A stretch of 63,995 nt of DNA, the filler included, from Thelocarpon superellum (lineage: Eukaryota), in the NCBI GenBank assembly GCA_026025795.1. It is 8 parts of 8 records of this genome, joined end to end, with 100 filler letters (N's around TTAATTAATTAA, not from the genome) between each part and the next. Parts side by side here need not be neighbours in the genome. Positions count along the whole stretch, not along the records: positions 34,441 to 42,893 come from JAPEUG010000601.1; positions 42,994 to 51,401 come from JAPEUG010000602.1; 6 more parts are not named here. The stretch is one strand, 5' to 3'. The notes beneath the pieces are model-generated. The model was not told the origin of the DNA and did no database searches. It worked only from the letters and a program-made list of their open reading frames with translations. The translations under genes and the position numbers were made by a program. Within the stretch, counting starts at the first letter, position 1. Each line of letters starts with the position of its first letter. This document shows, in pieces, positions 34,764-46,638 of the stretch.

Positions 34764-35113
34764 TGCGGGGGCCGCCGTGTTCGTGCTGACACAACTCCAC
34801 GTCACCATGGTATGTGCTAACCGTCGTCTGCCACCCCACCACCGTCATCGGATCTTGATATCGTGGACCGTGGCTCCACCGCAGTACCATCATGTCATAA
34901 TCCTCTGCAGACCTCCGTCCTTTGACAAGCTCGTAGCGAGGCATTGACTGGGAACCAAGGAGCATGGAGGTGAAGGGACCCAGCCGTCAGGTGGACGTGG
35001 AATTAACCCCAACAACGCTACCCTCTACCTGAAGCTCCCGTGCTGCTGGTCGACGCTCGGCGCCCTGCCATCCCATCGGCTCATTGAGAACGCATCGAGC
35101 ATGATAAGGTACG

Positions 35114-35641
35114 ATGCCGAGCGTCGCCACGAGAACCACGACGCTTCGGCAACCAGCGTGGTCGTATCTTCACCTGGAGCTCTACTCGGCGACGTCTTTT
35201 GCCAGCACGAGCGCCCGGCCACCATCGACCACCGCACGAACAGGCGGCATGACATCGACGCCACCCGCCTCATCAAGACCTGGCATCATTGACCTGGATG
35301 CCGTCACCGCACGGCTTCTCCTCACGCGAGCGCTGTCGCGTCATCTGGGTCTCGCGGGCTCCAGCATCCCCATGGATATCTTGAAGCTGGACGGCGCCCA
35401 ACTCTGGATCCGCGTGCCGCGCCAAGATCTGTCGTGCGTGATGGTGGCGCTGGGTGCGTGGGAGGGACCATGGGAAGTGACGGGGGGAGGTGGGGCGGCC
35501 GAGAAGTTTGATGGTAATGGTGGTGGTGGTGCAAATGAGATTGCACCCGGCGTGACGGTGGCGTGGCGCATAAGAGACAAGGGGAATTGGTTGATGGGTT
35601 TGCTGTCGTCGCAGATGGAGCAGGAGGTGTGGAATCGTTGA
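35114..35641 (+). CDS. POP8: RNase P/MRP subunit Pop8-like
   Basis: WSYLHLEL, LTRALSRHLGLAGSSIPMDILK, LWIRVPRQD, VAWRIRDKGNWL match the recalled fungal Pop8 pattern. Confidence 0.75.
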   Translation: MPSVATRTTTLRQPAWSYLHLELYSATSFASTSARPPSTTARTGGMTSTPPASSRPGIIDLDAVTARLLLTRALSRHLGLAGSSIPMDILKLDGAQLWIRVPRQDLSCVMVALGAWEGPWEVTGGGGAAEKFDGNGGGGANEIAPGVTVAWRIRDKGNWLMGLLSSQMEQEVWNR

Positions 35642-36071
35642 AATATTCTCGTCACCCCTCCCTGGGTCGATATCTACTTCGTCTCCACGAGGCCTACGGA
35701 CACTCGTGTGACGATACAGTCCGCCTCGATGGTCGGTCTGTTTTGTTCTTTACTCCGCTCTATGCTTTTCTTCGCGAAAAGGCGGACACATGGCAGCCAC
35801 CTGAGCGAGCCAAAGGACCCCCACGAGTCCGCCGAAACGGTAGTGACCCAAACCCGGACACGAAGACACCAGTCCCTTCTCGTCTATGCCATGGAAGCCG
35901 GGAGAAACGATGCAGTACGCTCGGAGGAAGATCACAAGGCCAAACGCCCACCGGCCAAGGTACTCATCCATCAGCTGAGGGGTGAGGTCAATGCTTCGGA
36001 TTGGCGTCAAGAAGTCCATCATTTGCGGAGAGAGAGATGACGGGTATCATTCAAATCACATCATCACATGC

Positions 36072-37786
36072 TCACATCATCGACATGAGCGAGTTTTGCG
36101 CGTAGGCCTAGAGTCGCGGTTAGAGAAGCCAGTCAGCGCCCCGCGACACGTCACTCACCATCGGCTTGATGTCAGGGTGGGGGACGGCGTCAAATTTGTG
36201 ATACTCCAGTTTGTACTCTGGGCCAATGTCGATCCAAGCACCTTTGTTCTCCGTGCTGTCGCAATAGTGCGGCGCCGAGAAGACTGCAGGCTCGTCAGGA
36301 CAAGGCCAAGGACACGGTCAAGCACCGAATCGTGCACGGGATGCTCACCGGTGATGCACCGGCCGTCATGCTCCACCTCATATCCATCCATGCGCACTTC
36401 ATGACTTCGAATCACCGCCTCCAGCCCGTTCCGCTCGCAGAATCGTTTCGTCACGTCCGGACCGAACTGCAAACCAACGCCTCGTTTGCTCGGCCCTCTC
36501 CCCGGCGTCGTCTGCGGATCCGTCCACAACATCTCCATCATCAGCCCCTGCTGACCCGGCTGTCGCTGGTTATGTCGGTTGAGTTTGCGGATGTCGTCGA
36601 GCGTGATGGCATCGTCCGAGAACAGGCCGCCGTGCAAGGTGAGAAATTTGTGGCCGATCAGCGTCGCGAGCGGCAGGGCGGAGAAGCTTTCGGAGAAGAG
36701 CTTGAAGACGCGCTCGTTGTACTTGGCCTTGCACTCGCCCTCGAAGCCGTACGCCCGATTCATGTCGTCGGTCTCGTGGTTGCCTCGGTTGAGGAAGAAG
36801 GCGTTGGGATAGAGCCACTTGTACGCGTACAGCACCAGCGCCACCTCGGTCGACCACGAGCCGCGGTCGACAAAGTCGCCGTTGAAGAGATACGCGTGCG
36901 CGGGTGACGGAGAGCCGTTCAGTCGGAAGATCTCCATCAGGTCGAAGAATTGACCTGCCACCACACGTCAGGAATATGCTCGTCATCAGGCGCGGGGCGG
37001 CGTACCGTGGGTATCGCCGCAGACGGTCAGCTTGGTCCCGCTCGCCACGTCCATCTCCACCATGGTCGCTTCCTGGTAGACAATGTCCTTGACGGCTAGG
37101 ATGATCTGGAAAACGTATTTCCGGTGGATCTTCTTGCCGTCCTTGAACCGCTGAATCATATCCTCGACGAAGTCTAACGTCATCTCCTTCTCTAGCCGCG
37201 CGCCATCATAACCGGCATCCACCACGATAGCATCGAGATCAAGACCCTCGGCGGCCGAGGGAGGATCGCCGACCTCAATGGCCTTCATGAACTCTACCCG
37301 CCGCACAATCTTCTCACATTCCGCCAGCTTCAGCTTGGCATCCTTGTCATTCGGCACCTTCTTCACCACCGTCTTGAAGTCCTTGAGCGCCTCGCGCGAC
37401 TTGAGGATCGCAGTGTTCGCAATCGCTCTCCGGTAGTAAGCCTGTCTGCCGTGAGTGATCGTACACGACACGGGACGCATCTGAGGCTTACCTTGATGTA
37501 CGAGCCATCCAGCTCAATGGCCTTGGTGGCATCTGCTATCGCATAGCCATAGCTTTCGAGCTTGATGTTTGCCTGGAGAGTCAAGGATGTCAGTCATGTC
37601 CCCCAGACGGTGACGCCTCCGCGGGCAAGATGCACGCACCTGTGCTCGATTGCAGTAGAAGGAGGGCTCCTGGTCATTATGGTCAATGGCCTTGGAATAG
37701 CAGTCGATCGCAGTGGGCCAGTCATGCTCGGCGAAGGCGGCGTTTCCTTTTTGCTTCCAGGCCAACGCCTCCTCCGCGGACGGCAT
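36072..37786 (-). CDS. PPT1: Ser/Thr protein phosphatase 5 (TPR + PPP domain)
   Basis: TPR KQKGNAAF..FYCNRAQ; GDTHGQ, GDFVDRG, RGNHE, HGGLFS, IRSHE; C-terminus HPDIKPM|AYAQNSLMSMM. Confidence 0.96.
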
Positions 37787-38353
37787 GTTCCTCGCTTGCC
37801 TGCCTGGTCCACCAGGTCCAGCAGGGCCGTCGATTTACGTCGGACGCAGGCAGATGACGTCGAGAACCAGGGTCTAGGCAAGGAAAACTGGCGGGGCAAG
37901 GGGAGGGAGCGGGGAAGCGGGAACGCAGCAATGTGGGCCTGAGACGGAAGTGGCACGATGAGACACAAAAGAGAGGACTCTCCACCCCGTACCTCGGAGT
38001 CAATGTGAAGTGACGGATCCAAATCTTTGGCCAATCAACAACGTCGGCGTGAATCCAGACCGTTCGCCTTGGTTCGCCATGGTTCGCCATGGTCCACCGT
38101 AGTCTCCGCTACTCTCGAAGGGGGTCGAGGTCACGGGGTTCGAGACTACCCGAGCGAGCAAGACAAAGCGAGATCTGCCGGAGCCTGAGGTGACTGGGAC
38201 GTAACGAGGAGTCAACTTGGCTGTGAACAATTGGCTGATTGACCATTCTGTCCGGCTCCAAAGCTGTAGGGGTGGGGGCAGGAGAAGCCCAAGGTCTTTC
38301 CCCTCGCGTCTTTTCAACCAGCATTTCGCCGCTCGTCCAGCACAGCCCATAGG

Positions 38354-38919
38354 ATGTCGTCCAACTTCGTGGGTCCCACCCAGCAAAAGAACCTGCGGGC
38401 GTGCATGGTGTGTTCGGTGGTGCAGCTACAAACCGTACGGCCCGCTCCTGAGCTCCTCAAGCTCTTCGACTATCCACTCCGCCACTGACCTCCAAGTGTC
38501 GCTCTAGAAGTTCATGCGTGAAGGCTGCCCCAATTGCGAAGACTTCCTCGGACTGGCCGGCCATTCGGAGGCGATCGAGGAGTGCACGTCACAGGTCTAC
38601 GAGGGACTCATCACTCTGGCCGATCCCACGACGTCGTGGGTGGCCAAGTGGCAGCGACTGGACGGATACGTGTCGGGGGTGTATGCCGTCAAGGTGACGG
38701 GCACAGTACGCTGGAAGGGTTCTTGTGGCGTTGGGACATGGCTGACAAGGTCCGCATCCGACAGCTTCCAGAAGAGAAGATTCAAGAGATTGAGGAGGCC
38801 GGTGTTCGCTATGTCCCGTATGTCGCTCTCCCGTTGCTGTTGCGTCCGTATCTTGACGGCAGACACTGACTGTGAGGGTGTGGTGCAGACGAGACGGAAG
38901 CGAAAACCAAACCGACTGA
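38354..38919 (+). CDS. SPT4: Transcription elongation factor Spt4
   Basis: [10 protein letters not shown]|..[50 protein letters not shown]; three introns. Confidence 0.96.
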
Positions 38920-40027
38920 ATCGGATCACATCAAACGATGTACCCTGAACTACGAGGGAAAACGATGCATCACTGCAGCCCAACACGCATGACGTCCCGC
39001 CAAGGGATGCATCAGGAGCTGGAGAGCATCAATGGCGTCTACGTCTATGTCCCGAATGACTGAGCTCACCCGCTCAACGAGAGGATCTAAGAGTGATGGT
39101 GCATGCATTTGACGTCAGGATGACAGACATGGGGAACGGGACTGAGACTTGTCTTGGGGAGAACGGGGGCGACAGATGTGACATCGCATGCACTGGTAAC
39201 AAACAGACCGAGGCTGAGACAGGCCGACACGGCGTTGAAGTTGGTGAACGTGGATGAACGAGCATGAGAACGAAACCAAGCACGATTCAGAGTCACACAG
39301 CCACAAAGCCACGCAGCCACGCAGCCACACATGCACACAAAAGAGAGACCCATCTGTCTGTTGGTCGGACGAGATCTTGATGCCTGGCACCTACGGGGGC
39401 TGGCGTTCTCTGTAGATCTGCGTCTGTGTGCTATTTCTAGGTAGAGTTGTCTACTCCACAGTCTAGAAGCAATTTGGTGGGTCACGTGGACTTGTGACAT
39501 GAGGCCTGGACTTCCAACACTGTCTGCTTGGTAATAGTATCCGGCTCGGTGAATGCGCGGGTGGAACTTGCGGGGCCCTGACATTGGTAGCCGACCGGAA
39601 CGCATTGATTGTTATCGCGGCTACTCATAAAACGTTGCTAAGGCGTTTTGTGCCAACATCTCCGAAAATTGCCTTTGATCTCGTCCACTAATCACATCCT
39701 GCAATGCTACTATGCACTTTGAGATGCTCAGAGCTTGCTTGGACCCAATATTGCTATGCCCAGTCTCACTAGCATGAAGATGACAATCCTCTCATCCAAC
39801 GCTCCTGGCCAATGACGTCGTTTTCTGTAGTCAGGACTGGGTCAGCGAGAGACTCAATTGCCATAACCGAAAATGTCGCGCACGTACTCATTTGACACTT
39901 GCCTTGGCCCCCTATCACTGCTAGAGCACAAGCTGTTGCCGCATGTCCTTGTGCGCTTCAATGGCCGCTCCGTCCATGCTTCATCGAAGCGTACCTGTAT
40001 GGTCGGCTGTGTGGCAGGAGCATATAA

Positions 40028-42701
40028 GACACACCGAACGACGACTCTTCGTGGGCACCCGGAACGCTGACTTCACAAGCACAGGCACAAGCACCGATGG
40101 CGGTTGCCGTATCTCAAGCCCTGCCGAATCAGCTCTACCTCGTCAACTCGACTTCTACCGCCGCTTTTGCCAACACGCCAGCATGGACGACCCTGATGAT
40201 GATGATGCTGTTCCGCCTTTTCCGGGGCAGAAGCGTGTCCATGGGGAGGCGAGAAGCCGATTTCGCCGGCCATCAAGCGGAAAAGCGGGATCCTCACAAC
40301 GCGCAGGACATACCGCTGGCGCAGATCACCTCGGATGGCCAGTGTGTCGCCGAGCAGGACATCCCGGAGATGACGTGTGGGTCGAATGTCACCATCTGGG
40401 TTGACCACCGGCCCGAAGCACTCCTGGCCACGACGGCCGTGATCCGGCAAGCCCGGAGTCTGCAATGCTCCGATGTGGATTTCCCCATTCGTCACATCAT
40501 CGTTGGCGACGGTCATAACAGCTTCACTCCATACAACATTGACTACCAATACCTCACCGCTCTGCAGATGCCCGTCTCTTCAAAGACCAGCCCCAGTTCG
40601 GTGAAAAATAGGTCAAACAGAACAACGACGAAAGCATCGTGGTGGCAGGACCACAAGGACCCATCAGCGATCCGCCATTGAAGGACTTCCAGCTGGGGGC
40701 CGTGCCCTTGTCGTGGCCGCGTGCAAGGTTCTTCTTCCGAGAAGACCCGTTCAGGCGCCGTCGGTCGGCCGCACAGGCCCTACTCCAGCAGATGGTCTCG
40801 CACGGGATGGCCAGGGTGTGGCGGCTCGAGAACCCCATCATCATCGCCTTACGACCTGTCGTCGAGTTTGGCGCTGTTTTCGCCGAGGCGTCGCGCTCGA
40901 ACTCGACCAGTGGTTTCGAGGAGCGCCCGATTACGCGATGGCACGGACTGCCCTACCCACCGACGGCTTCGAGGCCTTTGGGTCGGGTCACTACCATGAT
41001 ATCAGCCTCATAACAATGGCCAAGCAGGCAGTGAAGTTCTTCGCGACCGGCCGCGTCGTCATGTACGATGGAGGTGGACAATTTCCGGGATTGATGAGCG
41101 AGTACTTTGGTCAACACATTGTAAATCCAACGGCGACTGACATCGCCCTCCTCAAGCGCAGCCTGGAGCAAACTTTCGTCACTCTACCATGTCAGGTTAT
41201 CATCGTCGACCGCGATACCATCCTCTTGAACGGCGCCAGTGGCAAGAAATTTGGGCGTTCCCGAGCACTGATGCTCCAACACAACCTCCTCCGCGAGATC
41301 CACCTCTTCAGCGGGCGATATCAAGCAGCGGTATTCAAAGCAATCGCCAAACTACCTGGTCTTGCGGGAGAACTCCTGAAGTATATCAACGACTTCCAGA
41401 ACGGGGCAGGAGTTGGCGGCATCCACAACGGCCTCACCGAAGCCTTACTCAACAATACGCTTAGCCTCCTGGGCACGGATCAACGGGAAGACTTACGATC
41501 GCAAGGAGAGGCACTAGACAACTGCGCTGTGTTCAATTACGCAGCGTCGCTTGAGCAGTGGCAAGACGTCCCAAACAAACATGATCCTCATTGGTACTAT
41601 AACGACGAGCGCGTGATTACCGACTGGTTGCCTGGCATGCAGGATGGGATCGCAAGTACAAGGCCCTGCTACTTCAAGCCAGCCAGCAAGCCGGCGCGGC
41701 GTTGCAGAAGTCGGCCGATCCGTGAAGCCGAAGCCCCGCTTTATTCCGGCAAGAAGGCCGACACCGATACCGAGTCTGGGCCGACCGGGCCCGCGTCCTA
41801 CCCACGTACGTGCCAGATGATCTTGCGTTACTGGTACCATCTGTCGTCAAGCCCTTCGTCACGAGCGGTATCAACGCCTCAACGGCTGGCAACCGCAACA
41901 GCACAAACCTACCCAGAGAGATGCGGCAGCCAGTCTCGTTTGGCGGTCGCGCCGGCGGCAACGGGTCTTTCCAATGGCCAACGTCGCCAGGCCCAAGCAC
42001 GATCTGGTACACGAACAGGATCCTACCTGATGGCGTACCGGATGGTGCTTGGGCCTGGCGACAGCAGCAGCGCTCTCAGGACATTCTGGACCGGTTCGAC
42101 TTGCTACGGACCCAGCTGACAGGGCTGTACGTCGCCGCATTCTCTCCCGTTCTGAATCCCTAGGCGCCAATCTGCATTCACCCCGCGGCGTCCAAGCATG
42201 CACGCAATCATGGCAGCGGAGTAGACACGAGGAAGGGCTCCATGTCCCGTCTGGGAGGGGGATTTCCCCCGCTTTCTATAGAACCGTTCAATCCTTGCTC
42301 CCTCGAGATGAGGCGTGGTGCGACTTGCAAAGTGATTTGGTGAGAGACCCGTCGCTGCAGGTTGTTCACAGGAGGGGTATGAAGACGTAGGGAATCCGCT
42401 CACTTTGCACAAGGGACGGTAGAGAGTAGTGACTACTCCTGAAGAAGTATATATGATGTACTATTCGATACCACTAGTTATATGGCGATGCTACGCGACG
42501 CTACGCGGTGACATGTACGAAGACGAAACGCTCGTCGACGAGCGATTGATTGCACTTTTGCGAGCCGCCACCCACGCATTTGCGCGCTTGTTGAAGGAAT
42601 CAAGGGAGGAGCAAAGAAAGACATCGACGCGCAATGCCCGTGCAAAACGCGACCATGATGGCAATCCATCCATCACGTCGGAGGGGACGGGCGAGCGATG
42701 A
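40028..42701 (+). pseudogene. Decayed long reading frame of unknown family; candidate endogenous mycovirus-derived gene
   Basis: Successive overlapping protein-like segments in changing frames (40028-40681, 40573-41013 with TAG at 40609, 40713-42119, 41810-42163, 42429-42701) with no clear splice signals at the frame switches. No fungal family recognised. Confidence 0.4.
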
Positions 42702-42893
42702 TGAAGAGGCGCGAATGGGAGAGGGAGAAGACGAGCGGGCGGAAGCGGAGGTGCACCGTGATGACTCCCGTCCCGGTTAGCGCGCCTGGACGTTGGTGGA
42801 CCAAGGAGGCGGGATGGTCCTCGTGAAATCGGTGGGGTCATGTGGGGCCTTCTTCTCGCGAGGGTCGCGGCTCGCCGTGCCATCGGGGGGCGT

Positions 42894-42993
42894 NNNNNNN
42901 NNNNNNNNNNNNNNNNNNNNNNNNNNNNNNNNNNNNNTTAATTAATTAANNNNNNNNNNNNNNNNNNNNNNNNNNNNNNNNNNNNNNNNNNNN
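42894..42993. other. Artificial contig spacer
   Basis: N44-TTAATTAATTAA-N44. Confidence 0.98.
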
Positions 42994-43121
42994 ACTTACA
43001 TCTCTAAGGGTTGATAAGTAGCAGTTGTGGTGGTGGAGTTGTGGCTGATCGTGGAGGTAGGGTCGAGAGAAAAGTAGCCGGTTTCTAGGTGTGGCCGGTT
43101 TCTAGGTGGATACTGTTAGCG

Positions 43122-43354
43122 GAAGCTATCCGTCGTTCTAATATACAGCTATTGTGGGTCATATGAAGCAGCTTACTCAGAAGCCTCGAGCTCCCGTATG
43201 GAGCCTCCACAGTACTGACACCCCCCGAAAACTAACCTGGAGATCGGTGTCTATTCTACAGAAGCGATCTGTTGTTCTAATATACAGCAATGGTGGGTCA
43301 TGTGCAGCAGCTTAATCCAAGCCACGAGCTCCCGTACGGAGCCTCCACAGTACT
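43122..43354. repeat. Imperfect ~95-nt direct repeat (43122-43216 and 43261-43354)
   Basis: Both copies read gaagc.atc.gt.gttctaatatacagc.at.gtgggtcat.tg.agcagctta...gagctcccgta.ggagcctccacagtact. Confidence 0.85.
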
Positions 43355-43361
43355 CTTCCAA

Positions 43362-44752
43362 CTACCCCCATCCGCCTCTCGAGAGAAAGATATCTTTCAG
43401 GTTGGCCCAAAACCCCAAGTCATAAATGTTGTCGACCTCCCTCAGACTTTTCACCGGTGTCCACGGCGACGCGTCTCCCCGCCCGCCTCCAACCTGCCCC
43501 GGGCTGCTCGGTGGGTGGCCGCTCTCATTCACTTGGAGGATCTGGTCCGTCGACCTGGGCCAATTCACGAGCGGAGCCTGAAACTCATCGTCAGGAGACA
43601 TGGCTGAGCTTCGGCCGCCGCGAGCCAGTTCTTCGATCCGGCTTCGCTTCGCCTTGAAGACCAAGCCATCGGCAATGTCGTCCTTCCAGTCCGCCCATTT
43701 GGCGCTCTCGTTGGTGGTGGTGCCCGCCCAGATCAGGTAGAGATGGAAGAGCAAAAGACCCCATGCCAACGGCGCGCAGAGCAAGCAGAGCAGGCCCACC
43801 GTCCCGACTCGAGTATCTTGCACCACCGCCCAGCCCCAGGCGTTGGCATAGTCGGACCAGCTTAGGCCCGCGCTCCAATGAGCACTCATCGCCGAGGGCA
43901 CGGCGCGTGATCCACCGTCGGATGGAGCGCGGTGGCGTGGGAGTGGGGAACTCGAGGCCAGCAGATCGCTCAAGAGCGCTTGTGTGACGCAGGCCGCATA
44001 CGTCGCCAGGACGCTCGTGCTGAGCAGGACGAGGAGAAAGTAATGATGATTTCCGCCACCCACGCAGTTGTTGATCCAGACGCAATGGTGATCGTCGCGT
44101 GAGATGCAGCGCTTACAGATCCGGCAATGCTTGCTTCTGGCCGGCTTCAGCAGATTGCAGGTGACGCACCGCAGGCCGGGTCGAAACATGATGTAGTCGT
44201 AGGGATAGAGGCGCATGGCGGCGGCATGGTTGGCCGGCGTGATGACGCCCGGATCGGAGGTCACGGCGAGATAGATCGTGAGGTAGGGGATGGCGCAGAG
44301 TGGTGGAATGAGCCAGTGGTGGATAGCGGAGACTCGCGACCAGGCAGAGGGAAGATAGATGACCTCGCACGCGACCAGGAGGGTGAGAAAGAAAGTCTGG
44401 CGGTACCGTGCATCAGCGGACTGCACCGTGACGACGAAAGGGCCACAACAAGCAGACCAAGATCAGGGGATGTTTCTCATTCATCAGGTGATGTCCCACC
44501 CCAAGGCAAAGCGGTCCCAGCCGCCCGCCGGTGAGACAGGCGTCGGCATGGCGCACACGCTGGGGAACGTGCACCCAGATCAGTCGATGCAGCAGTCCGA
44601 CCGGGGTGTTGCTGGTTCATGTCAGGGCATCGTCGAGAAGAAGGTTCTGTGGAGAACTACCGGAGAGCTGGAACCTGACCGAAGAGGGTGATGAAGGTCA
44701 GGAACGACAGCGTTGCGACGCCCCCGACGATGGTGCGCAGCTCAAACATCAT
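43362..44752 (-). CDS. SWF1: DHHC palmitoyltransferase, Swf1-like
   Basis: YPYDYIMF..CVTC..KPARSKHCRICKRCISRDDHHCVWINNCVG, GTTTNESAKW, NIYDLGFWANL; N-terminal TFITLFGQVPALR exon. Confidence 0.88.
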
Positions 44753-45406
44753 CGGGCCGGCTCATTTCGAGGCAATTCACCGGCCACGAAGGTCGATGAT
44801 CAGCCCCGCCGCGAGAGGTTCATTCGTCCAACATGCGGAAAGTTGGTCTACAATAATAAAGGGTGTTTCCGTAGGCTGCCAACCGAGACCCATCCGCCAG
44901 CCGAGACCCATCCGTGCATCCCATGGTCAGCGTTCAGCGGAGATGGTGCACGTAGCGCGTCGTTGCTCGCGAGAGGCAACCGACCCGACGGATTGCCGTG
45001 GCGGATCACCAGGCATTTCCGTCCGCCCCAAACCCACAACCCGGCTGGGCAATCTAGTGAGCAACTCTTCTGCGCCATATCCAGAGTCAGGACGAGAGTA
45101 GGATCATGATGTCCCGAAAACTGGCTAGCTCAGCCCACGGACGATCCGGTGCCACCTGGGTATGCGCTTCTCTCGCGACTTTATTGATCCGACAGCGGTG
45201 ATTGCGACGGGGCAGATTGAAATCCCGCATCGTCGAGCTCGGTGCAGGGCTAGACGGTGCGCAAGTTGACGACGATGTACACGTTGGAGAACGAGGATGG
45301 AGCAATTGACTATATTTATCGCTGCAATCCCTCGCGTCTTCGCCCCACGCCCCTTGGAAAGCGGAGAAGCTCCGTGTAATTGATTGCGTCCGCGTTCCCC
45401 CCGAAG

Positions 45407-46273
45407 ATGCTTCCCATCTACGTGACCATTCTTCTTGGCCTCACCCCAGCCTTGGCCAGGCTCGAGGTAGATGCGGCGGACGTTCAGACCGGGCTCGATT
45501 CGGATCTCCTGCACTGCACGCCCGATCAAGAGTGGCACCTGAACAAGACTAGCCATCAAGCCTTGCGAAAGTTGGACCTGGCACTGGCCACGGACGATGG
45601 ATTGATCTGGGACCTGTGAGCGCTCCCACGTCTACATCGACAAGCATGGCAGTCTCACGTGTCCAACACCAGCTATTTTTCCGAGTGTGATCCGGGCTTT
45701 ATCCGTCAAGTCTTCCACACCGCCCGGAGCTCCACCTTTCCCGCCCGATGTGCCACTCGGCAAGACCCACGAGATTGTATCGGAGGACAGCTGTTCACCC
45801 TCGACGCCGACATCATCTCCTTCTGTCCCATGTTTTTCGAGCGCCACCTCGGGGCTATCGGCACGAATCGGTCATTCATCAAGGACTGCGTCAGCCCCTT
45901 CAGCGAGCCCGAATGGGGTGCAGTGGGCCCGGAGCTCGACATCATACTCGCCCTCATCATGGCTACGCATCTGCTGGATGCCAGTCACGAGCCTGAGGCC
46001 AAATACAACTCCTCCAACGACGCCACGGACCATCTGAATTCGTGGTGCGAAACCTTACCTAAGGTACAGAAGCGAGTCCCGTGCACCGCTCCCTACCCCG
46101 TCGAGTTTCTCTCGTTGGCGAATCACAAGGAAGTGCTCAAGAGCCAACACCCCGTGGTCCTCACCCAATGGGTCCCCAACGCCTACATGTTCTACGCTCA
46201 GGCGATCTGGGCCCACCACGCGAACGAATGCCCCACCATCCCCCCACCGGACCTAAGATCGATTGTCATGTAA
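45407..46273 (+). CDS. Putative secreted Cys-containing protein, aspzincin/M35-like but without HExxH
   Basis: Signal-like MLPIYVTILLGLTPALA; intron 45616-45672 (GTGAGC..CAG) removes the in-frame TGA; ISFCPMFF, IMATHL, NAYMFYAQAI; 269 aa. Confidence 0.6.
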
Positions 46274-46638
46274 CCGTGCTCTTGTAGACCCTGATGCTCG
46301 AGAGCGGGCGCGTGTGGAGAATAGTCGAGGTTGACCGCTTGCTCGAATTTAATGCACATATCCCCACCTTCTCAAGCTTCATTTCCACCGGGCTTCCATC
46401 CCTCTATCTTACGTTGGTCAAACGCGCTTTGTACATGTCGCGAGTGATGCGTGGTGAGGTAATGCGAGCAGGAGAAGCGCCTCAACTTGGTGTATCTCGC
46501 GCTTAGCGGTAGGACGCGAGCGTGACGCGCCGGCACGTGTTGATAACCACCCGTATCCCCATGCTCCATTGCCAACCTCGATCGACGTGGCCAACGTTGT
46601 GATCTCTGAATAGGTCCAGTACCGCATCGGCGTCAGGC

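Noticed and set aside
38136..38152. GGTTCGAG as a tRNA T-loop
   Set aside because: No T-stem, anticodon arm or acceptor stem; I found no convincing tRNA in the window.
39600..40027. Further 5' extension of the decayed orphan frame
   Set aside because: Four stops in ~140 codons is close to random expectation, so it cannot be supported without a homologue.
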